Source: Thecamonas trahens ATCC 50062 (lineage: Eukaryota > Protista > Apusomonadida). From it: a stretch of 64,000 nucleotides of DNA. Below the pieces are notes generated by a model, which ran no database searches, was not told the DNA's origin, and saw only the letters and a list, made by a program, of their open reading frames with translations. Shown here piece after piece: positions 21,855-33,083 of this stretch. Position 1 is the stretch's first letter. Each line of letters begins with the position of its first letter. The stretch covers positions 367,008-431,007 of the forward strand of contig NW_013657653.1 in the NCBI RefSeq assembly GCF_000142905.1. The letters run 5' to 3'. The translations under genes and the position numbers were made by a program.

Positions 21855-23351
21855 ATGTCGTCGTCGTCATACTCGGGGAGTGGCAGCAGTGAGGGCTCGG
21901 ATGATGGCCGTGGGGTGTTCTGGGAGTGGTATGTGCTTATGTGCTTGTGTGTGTGTGTGTGTTTGGTTGGGTGTGGGTCAGAGGGGGGGTGGGAGAGGAG
22001 GAGGTGACTGACAGGCAGACGGGTTGGACGGTTTGCGGAACAATGGGGGATGGGGATGGGGGATGGGGTCGTGGATGGGGATGGGGATGGGGATGGGATC
22101 GGGACTGGTCGTGACTGTGGCTGTGGACGTGGATGTATGCGTTGGCGTGATCTGGGCTGGTGGCGGGGGTGCGGGGCTGGACGGCGGCATGTTGAGAGAG
22201 CATAGGCTCGGCGACAACGGCCAGTTCCAGGCGTACGTGGACAAGACATCGAGAAAGATCGAAAAGGCGTATGCCAAGTTTGTCAAGAGCGGGGCTAAGG
22301 GCGCAGGCAAGAACGGAGGCAAGGGTAAGGGTAAGGGCAAGGTGGACAAGACGGCACAGGTGGCTGTGACGACGCCGGTCGGCAAGTACACCATCGACTT
22401 TAACGATATGACCCAGACCGGGACAAAGTCAAAGGGCACACGCCCAGTTCGTAGATCGACACCGGAGGGCCGGGCTCGGGCCCGTCGGGCGCCGCCTGTG
22501 GCTGTTCGCGGGCGTAGGCGCGGGCGCGGGAGGCCAATGCTCCCGATCCAGCCTCGCATTGATCCACACTTTTACAACGGCCCAAGAAGGGCGTGTGGCA
22601 GTGGGAGGATCCTGTCGGGTCGGGCAAGTACACCTCGTTCAAGTCTAAAGTTTCGAGCACGATCGAGTCGGCGTACCAGGCGTTTCTTCGCGCCGGGTCC
22701 GGGTCCGGCTCGAGCTCGAGCTCGAGCTCGAGCTCGTCAGGCAGCGGCAAGGCTGCATTCACCATCAAGGGCACCAAGTACGGCCTCGACTTTAAGCACA
22801 TGGTCCAGTACCGGGTTGGCGATAAGGGTAAGCAGAGGTCGATTCGGCGGCTGCGGTCCGGAGCCAAGATCCCACCGCCGCCACCCAGCCCGCCGCCCTT
22901 TAGCAGCGGCGGCAGCTCGTTGGGCTCGATCGGCGGCGTCCGGGTGCGTGGCTCGGCGGTACCCGACCCGCCCAAGTTCTACACCGGGCCACGGGCGTCG
23001 TACTGGGGCTGGGAGGACCCGGTCGGCTCGGCAAAGTACACGCCGTTCACGGTCAAGCAAAACGCGCTCATTGAGGGCGGATACCAAAAGTGGGTCGCGG
23101 CCGAGGCAGCCAAGAAGAACGCCAAGAAGAAGCCAAAGAAGGTCAAGGTCATCATCAAGGCTGGTGGCAAGCGGTACGGCATCTCGTTCAAGGAGATGGT
23201 CCAGAGCCAAGTCTCGGATCCGACCAAGAAGCGTGCAGTCCGGCGGCTCCGCGGCGCGCATCCGGACCTGCGGTCGGCATCCGACTCGTCGGCCAGCTCG
23301 TCGCGGTCGTACTCGTCGTCGGACGCCGGCACGCCATACTCGTGCACCTGA
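21855..23351 (+). CDS. Protein composed of three tandem WWE domains
   Basis: Exon 1 21855-21928 and intron 21929-22205 (GTATGT..TAG) give VFWEWLGDNGQFQAY..IEKAY..YTIDFNDMTQ...RPVRR. Repeats 2 and 3: WQWED..IESAY..YGLDFKHMVQ..RSIRR and WGWED..IEGGY..YGISFKEMVQ..RAVRR. +1 C needed at 22581-22583. Confidence 0.85.
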
Positions 23352-23378
23352 GGAGAATTGAACATCGGGGCAGCGTAT

Positions 23379-24556
23379 TCATTGGTCTGCAGCAGGGGGG
23401 GCGGCAGCGTCGGCGGCCTCGTCGGCAGCTTTGTCGGTGGCGGCGGCCGGAGCGGCGGCGGAGCGGGCCTGAAGGGCACGGCAGAGGTTCTCGAGCGTGG
23501 AAACCTTGCGCTTGTACTCCTCGATGTCCTTGGAGAGCTCAAGGGCCTTGATGGTGGCCTTGAGCTCAGCCTCCTTGATCTTCTGGTTCTCACGGGTGGC
23601 CTTGTTGAGCGCCTTGACGTTGGCCTTGTGCTCGGTCTGGTACTGCTTGAGCAGGTTGTTCGACTGGGTGACGACGGTGGAAAGCTCGTTGAAGCGCGAC
23701 TCGTACAGCTCGAGCTGCTTGGCCTGCTGAGCCTCGACCTTTTCAAGGACGACGTACTTTTGCATGACCTCCATGAAGCGGGCCTGGGCCATCTTGGCCT
23801 CCTCCTGGGCCTGTGCGACCTTGACGTTTGCGAGCTCGAGCTCGATGGCGGCGGCCTTGGCCTCGTTGGCGTACTGCTCCTCGCGGACCTCGTACTTGTG
23901 CATAAAGGCAAGGAGCTTGCGCTTGACAAACTGCGACTCCTTGAAGCGGGCCTCGGTCGACGCAGCCTCGTCTTCGATCTTCTTGGTGATGTCCTCGAAG
24001 ATCTCGTTGTACTTGGACTTCATCTCGGCCGAGGCAGCATCGGAGGCCTCGGCGCGGGCCCGCTCCTCGGCGACGCGGTCCTGCAGCCGCTTGCTCAGCT
24101 CCTCTAGCGTGCTCTGGACCTTCTTGGTCGCCGTCAGCTCCTGCAGCGTCGCCAGACGGGCCCGCTTCTCCACCGACAACTCAGCCTGAGCCTGCTCCAG
24201 CTCGAGCTCAAGCTTGCGCACCGACGCGGCCTCGTTTCCGAGTGCAGTCTTGTACGCCTCGGCAAGCTCAGCATCGCTTGCGGACTTACCCGCAGAGCTC
24301 TTGGCCTCCTTGTGGACGCGCTTGACGTATTGCCCTGGAGCGCAGGGGAGAGCGTGAGTGTGAGAAAGAGCGCGAAAAACTACCGTATGAACGGTTCCCG
24401 CCAAAATAGGTATGTGGCGACGAGGGAGGGTATGTGGGAGGTGTAATGCGGCGACGTACGGACAGCAGCGTTCAGCTTCTTCTCGGCTGCAGCTTGCTGC
24501 TCAAGTTGCGCAAGCTTGTTGGCCACCAAGTTGGCCGTTGTGTTCTCGGACGACAT
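23379..24556 (-). CDS. Taxilin family coiled-coil protein
   Basis: LEELSKRLQ, KYEVREEQY, QLELYESRFNE...SN, LENLCRALQ. Exon 1 MSSENTTAN..AAV; intron 24459-24335 (GTACGT..CAG) keeps the frame. Confidence 0.85.
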
Positions 24557-24899
24557 GCGGCGGGGAGGTGGGAAGAGGGGTGGGCGGGGGCGGTGGTGCA
24601 GAGGGGGCGAGGGGAGGGGGGGGGGGGGTGAGAGGCAGGCAGGGGAGAGGGAAAGGGTGATGTGTGTGTTGGTGGTGGGCCAAGGGAATGGAGGTGGGAT
24701 GGAGTGGGTGAGTGGGTGGGTAGTGGTGGAGATCCATCGATCCGACCTGATCTGTGTCGTGGTGGTAGTGGTGGTGGTGGTGGTGGTGGTGGTGGTGGTC
24801 ATCGGTCGTTAGGCGATGAGGGGCGTGGCGGTGGGAAGAGGGAGGGGACTGCGGGTGAGGGGAAGGGGAGGAGAGGACATTGCTCTCGAGGTGGTAGGC

Positions 24900-27800
24900 A
24901 TGTCGGTACTCAGCGTAGAAGAGTTTGGCTTGCTCCAGACAGAGCTCATTAACGCTAAACAGGCTGCGCACGAGGCCGAGGAGGGTCGGAGTCATGCCGA
25001 GGCTCAGCTGGCTGCGCTCCGCAAGGAGGTCAAGACGATGACCAAGGACCTTGGCAAGGCGCAGAGTACGTGAGTTGGGACAGGAGGAGCGAGGACGGAG
25101 AAGGAAATCTGTGCCGAGGGGGTATGTATCACATGACTTATGATTGGTGTGAGAGTGTGTAGAGGTCATCGCCAAGTCTAAGGACAAGAAGAAAGTCAAG
25201 GCGCTGGTGGAGGAGGTGGAGGAGATGAAGGCTGAGATGCGACAGGCAGAGGCAGAGTACGAGACACGGCATCAGGCCATGGCAGAATCGATGCGGAGTG
25301 TGTTTATGGAAACGATGCGCTGAAGAAGCAGCTGGCCAGTGCTGGTGTGGAGGCTGTGGATGGACAGAGCCATGCCGATCACAATGCCGAACTAGAGAGG
25401 CTGCGATCGGCGCTAGCGGCAGCAGATGAGGCGGCAGCAGCGGCTGCCAGGCGAGTGGAGGAACTCAACGAGGGCAATGTTGCCACGCAAGAGATCCTCG
25501 CCGCCAAGATGGAGCAGCTGATGGAGTACGAGCAGCGAGTGCAGGACCTCGAGACACAGCTTGCCGCATCACCCGCACCTGCAGCAGCGCCAGCAGCCAA
25601 GGCCGATGACGATGACGATGGTGAGCTGATGCTCGTAGGCTTGGATGGAAACGCTCGAGCGGACGATGAATCGATGGCGAGGCTTCAGGTTGAGGTCAAG
25701 CAGGCGAAGGCCGAAAGCACTGATCTAGCGGCGTCGCTGGAAAAGGCACAGGCTGAGATGGGGCAGCTACTGGCTGAGATGGAGCAGGTGAAGGCTGAGA
25801 ACGCCGATCTGATGGCGTCGCTGGAAAAGGCACAGGCTGAGGTGGAGCAGGCAAATAGCGATGTTGGCGACGGCGTCGCAAAGCTGCAGGCCGAGCTGGA
25901 CGCGGCAAGAGTTGAGGTTGAAGGTGTATCGGCCAATCTGCAGGCCGAGCTCGAGCAAGCTAAGGCTGAGAATGCCGATCTGAAGGCTGAGAATGCCGAT
26001 CTGATGGCTTCGCTGGAAAAGGCCCAGGCTGAGGTGGAGCAGGCAAAGTGCGATGCTGGCGACGGCGTCGCAAAGCTGCAGGCCGAGCTGGACGCAGCGA
26101 GAGTTGAGGTTGAAAATGCATCGGCATCGCTTGTCAACATGCAGGCCGAGATGGAACAGGCGAAGGCCGAGAACGCTGATCTGATGGCGTCGCTGGAAAA
26201 GGCCCAGGCTGAGGTGGAGCAGGCAAAGTGCGATGCTGGCGACCGCGTCACAAGGCTGCAGGCCGAGCTGGAGGCCGCGAGAATTGAGGTCGAAGATGTA
26301 ACGGCCAATCTGCAGGCCGAGCTCGAGCAAGCCAAGGCTGAGAATACCGATTTGATGGCGTCGCTGGAAAAGTCAAATGTCACAGTGGAAGAGACCAAGG
26401 CCAAGGCTAACGAGATGGAGAATGCGGTGGCTGATGCTACCGCTAGCACAGCTGCACTGGAGACGAGCAAGGTGGAGCTTGAAGGTCAATTCGCAGCGCT
26501 GCGCACCGAGTGCGAGGCGACAGCGGCTGCACTTCGGGATGCGGAAGAGGCACGCGACGTCCTCGCAGAGCGTGTGGGTGAGCTGGAGAAGCAGCGCGAC
26601 GCGTCCGATACTGACAAGTCGCACGCGCTTAGCGCAGTCGAGGCGCAGCGAGAGGAGTTCCGTGCTGCGCTCAGTGCTGTTACAAAGGACCGTGATCGTC
26701 TGCAGGCTTCTATTGCCGAGCTGGATACTAAGGTGACTGCGTCTGAAGCAGCAGTTGTTGACATGACCAAGCAAGTCGAGTTGCTGACCGGCGAGATGGA
26801 GGCCGCCAAGTCTTCTGCCGCCAACACCGAGGCCGAGCTCAAGGCACAGCTCGAGACTGAGAAGGAGGCAACTGCCGTCGCGGTTAACAAGGCCGAGAAC
26901 ATGCAGTCGCAGCTGGAGACCGCCCAGACTGCCGCGGCCGACACCGAGGCCGAGATCGAGGCCCTCAAGACACAGCTCGAGACTGAGAAGGAGGCAACTG
27001 CCGTCGCGGTTAACAAGGCCGAGAACATGCAGTCGCAGCTGGAGACCGCCCAGACTGCCGCGGCCGACACCGAGGCCGAGATCGAGGCCCTCAAGACACA
27101 GCTCGAGACTGAGAAGGAGGCAACTGCCGTCGCGGTTAACAAGGCCGAGAACATGCAGTCGCAGCTGGAGACCGCCCAGACTGCCGCGGCCGGCACCGAG
27201 GCCGAGATCGAGGCCCTCAGACACAGCTCGAGACTGAGACAGGCGCAGCGTGTCAACTAAAGCAGCGCGACGCGTCCGATACTGACAAGTCGCACGCGCT
27301 TAGCGCAGTCGAGGCGCAGCGAGAGGAGTTCCGTGCTGCGCTCAGTGCTGTTACAAAGGACCGTGATCGTCTGCAGGCTTCTATTGCCGAGCTGGATACT
27401 AAGGTGACTGCGTCTGAAGCAGCAGTTGTTGACATGACCAAGCAAGTCGAGTTGCTGACCGGCGAGATGGAGGCCGCCAAGTCTTCTGCCGCCAACACCG
27501 AGGCCGAGCTCAAGGCACAGCTCGAGACTGAGAAGGAGGCAACTGCCGTCGCGGTTAACAAGGCCGAGAACATGCAGTCGCAGCTGGAGACCGCCCAGAC
27601 TGCCGCGGCCGACACCGAGGCCGAGATCGAGGCCCTCAAGACACAGCTCGAGACTGAGAAGGAGGCAACTGCCGTCGCGGTTAACAAGGCCGAGAACATG
27701 CAGTCGCAGCTGGAGACCGCCCAGACTGCCGCGGCCGACACCGAGGCCGAGATCGAGGCCCTCAAGACACAGCTCGAGACTGAGAAGGAGGCAACTGCCG

Positions 27801-30031
27801 TCGCGGTTAACAAGGCCGAGAACATGCAGTCGCAGCTGGAGACCGCCCAGACTGCCGCGGCCGGCACCGAGGCCGAGATCGAGGCCCTCAAGACACAGCT
27901 CGAGACTGAGAAGGAGGCAACTGCCACAGCGGCGGCCAAGATAGAGGCCCTTCAGTCGCAGCTGGAGACCGCCCAGAGTGCCGCGGCCGACACCGAGGCC
28001 GAGATCGAGGCCCTCAAGACACAGCTCGAGACTGAGAAGGAGGCAACTGCCACAACGACAGCCAAGATCGAGTCCCTTCAGTCGCAGCTGGAGACCGCCC
28101 AGAGTGCCGCGGCCGACACCGAGGCCGAGATCGAGGCCCTCAAGACACAGCTCGAGACTGAGAAGGAGGCAACTGCCGTCGCGGTTAACAAGGCCGAGAA
28201 CATGCAGTCGCAGCTGGAGACCGCCCAGACTGCCGCGGCCGACACCGAGGCCGAGATCGAGGCCCTCAAGACACAGCTCGAGACTGAGAAGGAGGCAACT
28301 GCCGTCGCGGTTAACAAGGCCGAGAACATGCAGTCGCAGCTGGAGACCGCCCAGACTGCCGCGGCCGACACCGAGGCCGAGATCGAGGCCCTCAAGACAC
28401 AGCTCGAGACTGAGAAGGAGGCAACTGCCACAACGACAGCCAAGATCGAGTCCCTCCAGTCACAACTGGAGACCGCCCAGACTGCCGCGGCCGACACCTC
28501 CGGCGAGGCCCAGGATCTCCGTTCCCAGTTGGAAGCCGCCAAGTCAACTGCCGCCAGTACCGTTGCCGAGCTGCAGTCAAAGCTCGAGGAAGCCGAGGTC
28601 AAGATCGCCGGCACGTCGACCGCGTTCGAGTCTCTGTCGCATACCAAGGCCAGCCTCGCTGACGAGCTGGCGGCGACGCGCAAGAACCTCGACGCCCTCA
28701 CTGCTGTCAACGAAACGATGGCAAGCAAGGTGGAGACGCTCACTTTAGAGCTGGACTCCAAGACAAGTGCTCTTGCCGCATCTTCAGCCTCGCACGACGC
28801 CACCGCAACCGAGCTCGCCGCACTCCGCAAAGAGCACGCTGGCCTCGAAAGCCGCCTTGAAGAGGTCATCTCCTCGCGGCAACGTATTGAGGACGCCCTT
28901 GCGGCCACTACCACGGATGCGGGTCAGGCGCAGTCCTTGCTCAAGGGCCAACTCGATGACGTTCTTGCGGAGCGCGACGAGCTTCGCGCTCAGGTTGTGG
29001 CTGCACAGGCCGAGTGCGAGAGGCTGCAGGGCGAGCTCAATGCTGCTGTGACGGCTGGCGATGCTGCCACTTGCTCACTCGCCACTGCCACCTCTGAGCT
29101 GGCCAACGTGTCCACTCGCGCTGACCGGCTTACTGTTGAGCTTGCTGATGCCAATGCCCAGCTTGCCGAGGCAACAGCGCACGCCGACAGTCTAACTGCT
29201 TCTCTGGAGACTGTTTCAGCAGCCTGTGACGAGCTGGCTGCCGCCCACGATGCGCTGCAATCCTCGTCGACCAAGACTGCCGAGTTGCTCGCAGCTGCAC
29301 AGACCGAGCTCGACACGCTTCGCTCTCTCGCACCCGCACTCGAGGCCGCCTCTGCTCGCTGCGACGAGCTGGAGGCCGCGAACAACAGGCTTGCTGCCGA
29401 CCTTGACAGCGCCAGGGCCGATCTTCATACATCAACGTCTCTGTCCGAGACGATGTCGGCCGAGCTGGAGGAGGCCAAGGCACAGCTGGCGACTGCGTCC
29501 GAGGCAGCCGAGCTGGTCGACGCGCTCAAGCGCGAGGTGGCTGACACCAAGGCTAAGGCCAAGATCGATGCTCGCAAGTCGCAAAACCTCATCAAGGATC
29601 TTCAAAGCCAGCTGAAGAGTGCAAATCCGGCGGCGGCATCGGCAGCGTCGGCTGTCGGAATCTCGGTCGAGGCACTGCAGGAGGAGAACACCAAGCTCCT
29701 CGACCGCATCGCCGCGCTCCAGACTGCCGGCTGGAAGCTCGAGGAGCAGCTCGACGATGCCAAGCGAGCACTTGCGGCGGCTCGACAAGCGCAGCCGGCC
29801 CCTGCCGCGGCCTCGTCTGGCTCCAAGATGAAGTCGCTGCTCAACCGAGTCAAGGCTGTCGCGTCGACGCCATCGCCCGACGTCGAGGCGCTCAACTCGG
29901 CGCTATCGCAAGCCCACGAGCGCAACGCCATCCTTGAGGAGCAGATCGCGGCCATGGCTCACAAGCTCGAGCGGGTCCGCAAGCGAGAGGAGCGTCGCAA
30001 GAAGCTCCATCAGGCATACGCCGAGCCGTAG
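24900..30031 (+). CDS. GRIPAP1: GRIP1-associated protein 1 (GRASP-1)-like long coiled-coil protein with internal repeat expansions
   Basis: N-terminus LSVEEFGLLQTEL...KDLGKAQKVIAKSK across intron 25066-25162. C-terminal LIKDLQSQL and LLDRIAALQTAGWKLEEQL recall GRIPAP1 motifs. Frameshift at 25310-25312 and a probable false duplication at ~27220-27260. Confidence 0.7.
25700..26372 (+). repeat. Intragenic ~180-nt (about 60-aa) coiled-coil repeats (AENADLMASLEKAQAEVEQAK...), 3-4 imperfect copies
   Basis: Recurrent gatctgatggcgtcgctggaaaaggc..gaggtggagcaggcaaa units. Confidence 0.85.
26830..28500 (+). repeat. Intragenic 126-nt (42-aa) tandem repeat TQLETEKEATAVAVNKAENMQSQLETAQTAAADTEAEIEALK, ~11 copies as assembled
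   Basis: tcgagactgagaaggaggcaact recurs at 26851, 26977, 27103, then at 27522 + n x 126 up to ~28404. Confidence 0.95.
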
Positions 30032-30152
30032 CATGTCGGTACAGAGGTAAATGAAGATCAGCTACCAAGTATCCGCAGTTGTTGACTGCGGGCCGCGGGA
30101 CGGAGTGAGGGCGAGCGGGAGCGTAGCTCATTTGTCTCGAACACTCGTCAAC

Positions 30153-31388
30153 ATGGCAGCGAACAACACGAAGCACAAGCTGGTCATCCTCGGCGCCGGC
30201 TTTGGCGGCCTTACCGCGGCACGGGCAGTGGAGGAAGCCAGCGAGGAGGACGCAGCTCTGCTGGAGGCGGTCCTCGTCTCTGCGCCAGGCCCTGCTGTTG
30301 TGGGCGCCTTTGCGCCCATGGTCCTCAAGGGCAAGGTCAAGGCTGAGCAAGTGACGCGGACGGTGGCACCAGGCGGACTCAATCTTTCTCGGGTGGCACT
30401 GGTTCCGGACGTGGTGCAGAGCATCGATACCGAGAACAAGGTTGTGCGGACCAAGGCCGGTGAGATCAGTTACGATGATCTGGTTGTCTCTCTGGGTGTC
30501 GAGTACTACGACGCTGTGCCTGGCCTCAACGATGCCGCCTTCAACTTGTGCGACACCGCCGACATGGTTGCGCTCCGTGGAGCCCTGCTCCGTGCCGAGA
30601 GCGGGACGGTAGTGGTGGCGGTTGGGAGTCTGCCGTACAAGTGCCCGCCGCTGCCGTATGAAGCTGCGTTTGCCGTTGATGCCGTGCTGCGCGAGGCCGG
30701 CAAGCGCGACGCGTTCCGTGTGGTGGTGACGACGCCGATGGCCCAGGCTGTCCCGCCCTTTGCTCCGCATGTTTTCCAGGACATGATGGCTGCCAAGGGC
30801 ATCGAGTTCAAGACCAAGGCACAGCCGTCTGCTGTGGACGCCGTCAACAAGACGGTGACCTTTGACGACGGCGAGAGCCTCGAGTACACGCTCCTGGCGG
30901 CGACGCTGCCGCAGCGTGCCCCTGCGGTTGTGCGTGAGGCGATGCCAATCGACGACCCGCGTGGCTTTGTGGTGGTCGACCCCAAGAGCCTGCGGACGAG
31001 CGTGCCGCACGTTTACGTCATCGGAGACTCGGCGACGGTCAAGGTCAACTTTGCCAAGGCCGGGCTCAAGGTCCAGCCCAAGGCCGGCAAGTTTGCCATG
31101 GTCCAAGCCAAGACGGCAGTGCAAGCGGTGCTCGCCGACGCACGCGCAGCTGCAGCAGGCGAGTCGACGTCGTGGGACGCACCTGTGGTGTCGGTCACCG
31201 AGGGCGGGCAGTGCAACGTGGCTGCCGTCGACGGCGCAGGGCTGACCATTACTATGGACTTTTACGACAACGCCGACAAGCCCAAGGTCGGCATCAGCGA
31301 GCCGGACACTCAGCAACTGGCTGACAAGCTGCAATGGCTTCGCGATCTCGATGCTGAATGGTTCGGAGTCACCGAGCCGTCGTACTGA
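30153..31388 (+). CDS. FAD-dependent oxidoreductase, sulfide:quinone oxidoreductase (prokaryotic type III/SqrC-like) family
   Basis: LVILGAGFGG, YDDLVVSLG, PYKCPPLPYEAAF, VYVIGD, PKAGKFA, GGQC (second Cys). Confidence 0.75.
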   Translation: MAANNTKHKLVILGAGFGGLTAARAVEEASEEDAALLEAVLVSAPGPAVVGAFAPMVLKGKVKAEQVTRTVAPGGLNLSRVALVPDVVQSIDTENKVVRTKAGEISYDDLVVSLGVEYYDAVPGLNDAAFNLCDTADMVALRGALLRAESGTVVVAVGSLPYKCPPLPYEAAFAVDAVLREAGKRDAFRVVVTTPMAQAVPPFAPHVFQDMMAAKGIEFKTKAQPSAVDAVNKTVTFDDGESLEYTLLAATLPQRAPAVVREAMPIDDPRGFVVVDPKSLRTSVPHVYVIGDSATVKVNFAKAGLKVQPKAGKFAMVQAKTAVQAVLADARAAAAGESTSWDAPVVSVTEGGQCNVAAVDGAGLTITMDFYDNADKPKVGISEPDTQQLADKLQWLRDLDAEWFGVTEPSY

Positions 31389-31406
31389 CATGACACCCTT
31401 CGCAGG

Positions 31407-32653
31407 CTAGAGCGACGACGAGTAGCCCGAGAGGTCGACACCAGCCTCAACGGCCATAGTGACAAAGCCCTTGAACTCGACGCGATCGAGCTCGCCGTTG
31501 CCGTCAGTGTCGATCTGGGCAAAGAACTCGTTGAACTCGTCCTCGGTAAATCGCGGAACCGAGGCCTTGTCGCACACGCGGTCGGCAGCCATGCGCGTCT
31601 GCTCCTTCGACAGCTTGCCGGACTTGTCAGTGTCGTACTTGCGGAACGCGGCCTTGGTCACGCGCTTGAGCTCGGCCTCGTCGTCGAGCAGGTTCTTGCG
31701 GTTCTGTGCAATCTCGGACGAGTCGGACGTGAGCGACGGCGGCGGAGTGGTGTGACCCTTGCGCGAGCCCTTGCCCCCGCGACCGCGGCCGCGCGACTTT
31801 GAGCGCGAGCGCGAGCGCGAGCCGCGGCTGGACTTGGGCTCGTGGCGGCCCTTGCGCGAGTGCCGGCCAGTCTCACGAGCGTGGCGTCCGCCGCGCCCGC
31901 TGCCCTTGCGCGAGTTGCGCCCGCGGCGGCCAGAAATGGCACCAGAGGTACGCGCGCCGCGGCGGCCGCGGCTGCGTCCTGACTCCGAGTCGTACTCCGA
32001 GTCGTACTCGGAGGAATCGTCACGGCGATCACGCGCCCGCCTACGGGAGCGCATGAAGCAGAACACGAGAGTGAAGCCAATGATGCCGAAAACAATGACG
32101 GAAATGACAGCTCCCGAGATGGCACCAACATTGATGTCGCTGCCTTGGCATGTCTCGACCGTGCCGGAGCAGGACGCCGTCGACGTGACGCAGCGACCGG
32201 ATGATCTGCAGAACTGGCAATCAGATTTGGTGCATTCTTCGCACGTCGCAAGCTCACCAGTACGCGAGCATGCCAGTGCCATGCTCACTGCAGGTTGTCA
32301 CAGCCAGAGTATTGGAGCAGCAGCGGGAGGAGGGCGTGGCCCGATCCGTCGGCGACAGGTTATCGAGGAGGTTGGGGCAGCAGGCGATAGCCATGTTCAC
32401 AGCCATCGTATGATCCACCGCATGACAGCATGACGGCGTGACAGCATGACAGCACGACAGCATGGCAGCACGTGACAAGTAGCATCAGTTCCCATCAAGT
32501 GAGTGTGGTCATGGGTGTGGTGGCGGGAGGCGGGAGGTGGGGAAGGTGGGAGACGGAAGGCGGAAGGCGGGAGAGGGGGGGGGTGACACAGGTAAGTACC
32601 GTACACAGCATGGTGCATACAATGGCGACATACGCCAGAGTCTTGGTCGACAT
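31407..32653 (-). CDS. Single-pass membrane protein: signal peptide, small Cys-rich (PSI-like) ectodomain, TM, Arg/Ser-rich linker, two cytosolic EF-hands
   Basis: Exon 1 MSTKTLAYVAIVCTML (32653-32605) and intron 32604-32288 (GTACGG..CAG) complete a signal peptide. CEECTKSDCQFC..GRC; TM ISGAVISVIVFGIIGFTLVFCFM; EF loops DTDKSGKLSKEQ and DTDGNGELDRVE. Confidence 0.8.
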
Positions 32654-32902
32654 GGGTTGTGTGCGAGAAGTGTGGTGTTGGTGGTGCTGGTGGTGCTGGT
32701 GGTACTGGTGGTGGGCAAGTGGCGTTGTCGGCGTGGGCTGACTCATACTGAGAACCGTCGCGGAAAAGCCATCCGATTGTTCGGGACGATGGAGGTCCGT
32801 GCGGGCGACACCGCGTGATAATGCGAATGGATATGCTTTAGAGGCCATGCTATGCCAGTGTCGACTTGCGATACTGACATCGCGGCAATCATGGCAAACT
32901 GG

Positions 32903-32973
32903 CAGAGCGAGGACGACGTGTAGTCTGAGATGTCGACGCCAGCCTCGTTGGCCATGGCGACAAAGTGCCGAAA
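32903..32973 (-). pseudogene. Relic of the 3' end of a paralogue of the adjacent EF-hand gene
   Basis: Translates FRHFVAMANEAGVDISDYTSSSL versus FKGFVTMAVEAGVDLSGYSSSL* at 31407-31475. Confidence 0.7.
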
Positions 32974-33083
32974 ATAGGCAGGCACGAAAGAAATGCAGAG
33001 GGTTTTCAGAGAACGGCGGAAAGGCCAGGCGCGAGGCTGCCGATAGCTGTACAGGCACTGCGCGCAGCCGATAGCAGTGCATG

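Noticed and set aside
26830-28500. Regular repeat array considered as CRISPR or satellite
   Set aside because: No unique spacers; the unit is 126 nt, in frame, and encodes coiled coil within a eukaryotic gene.
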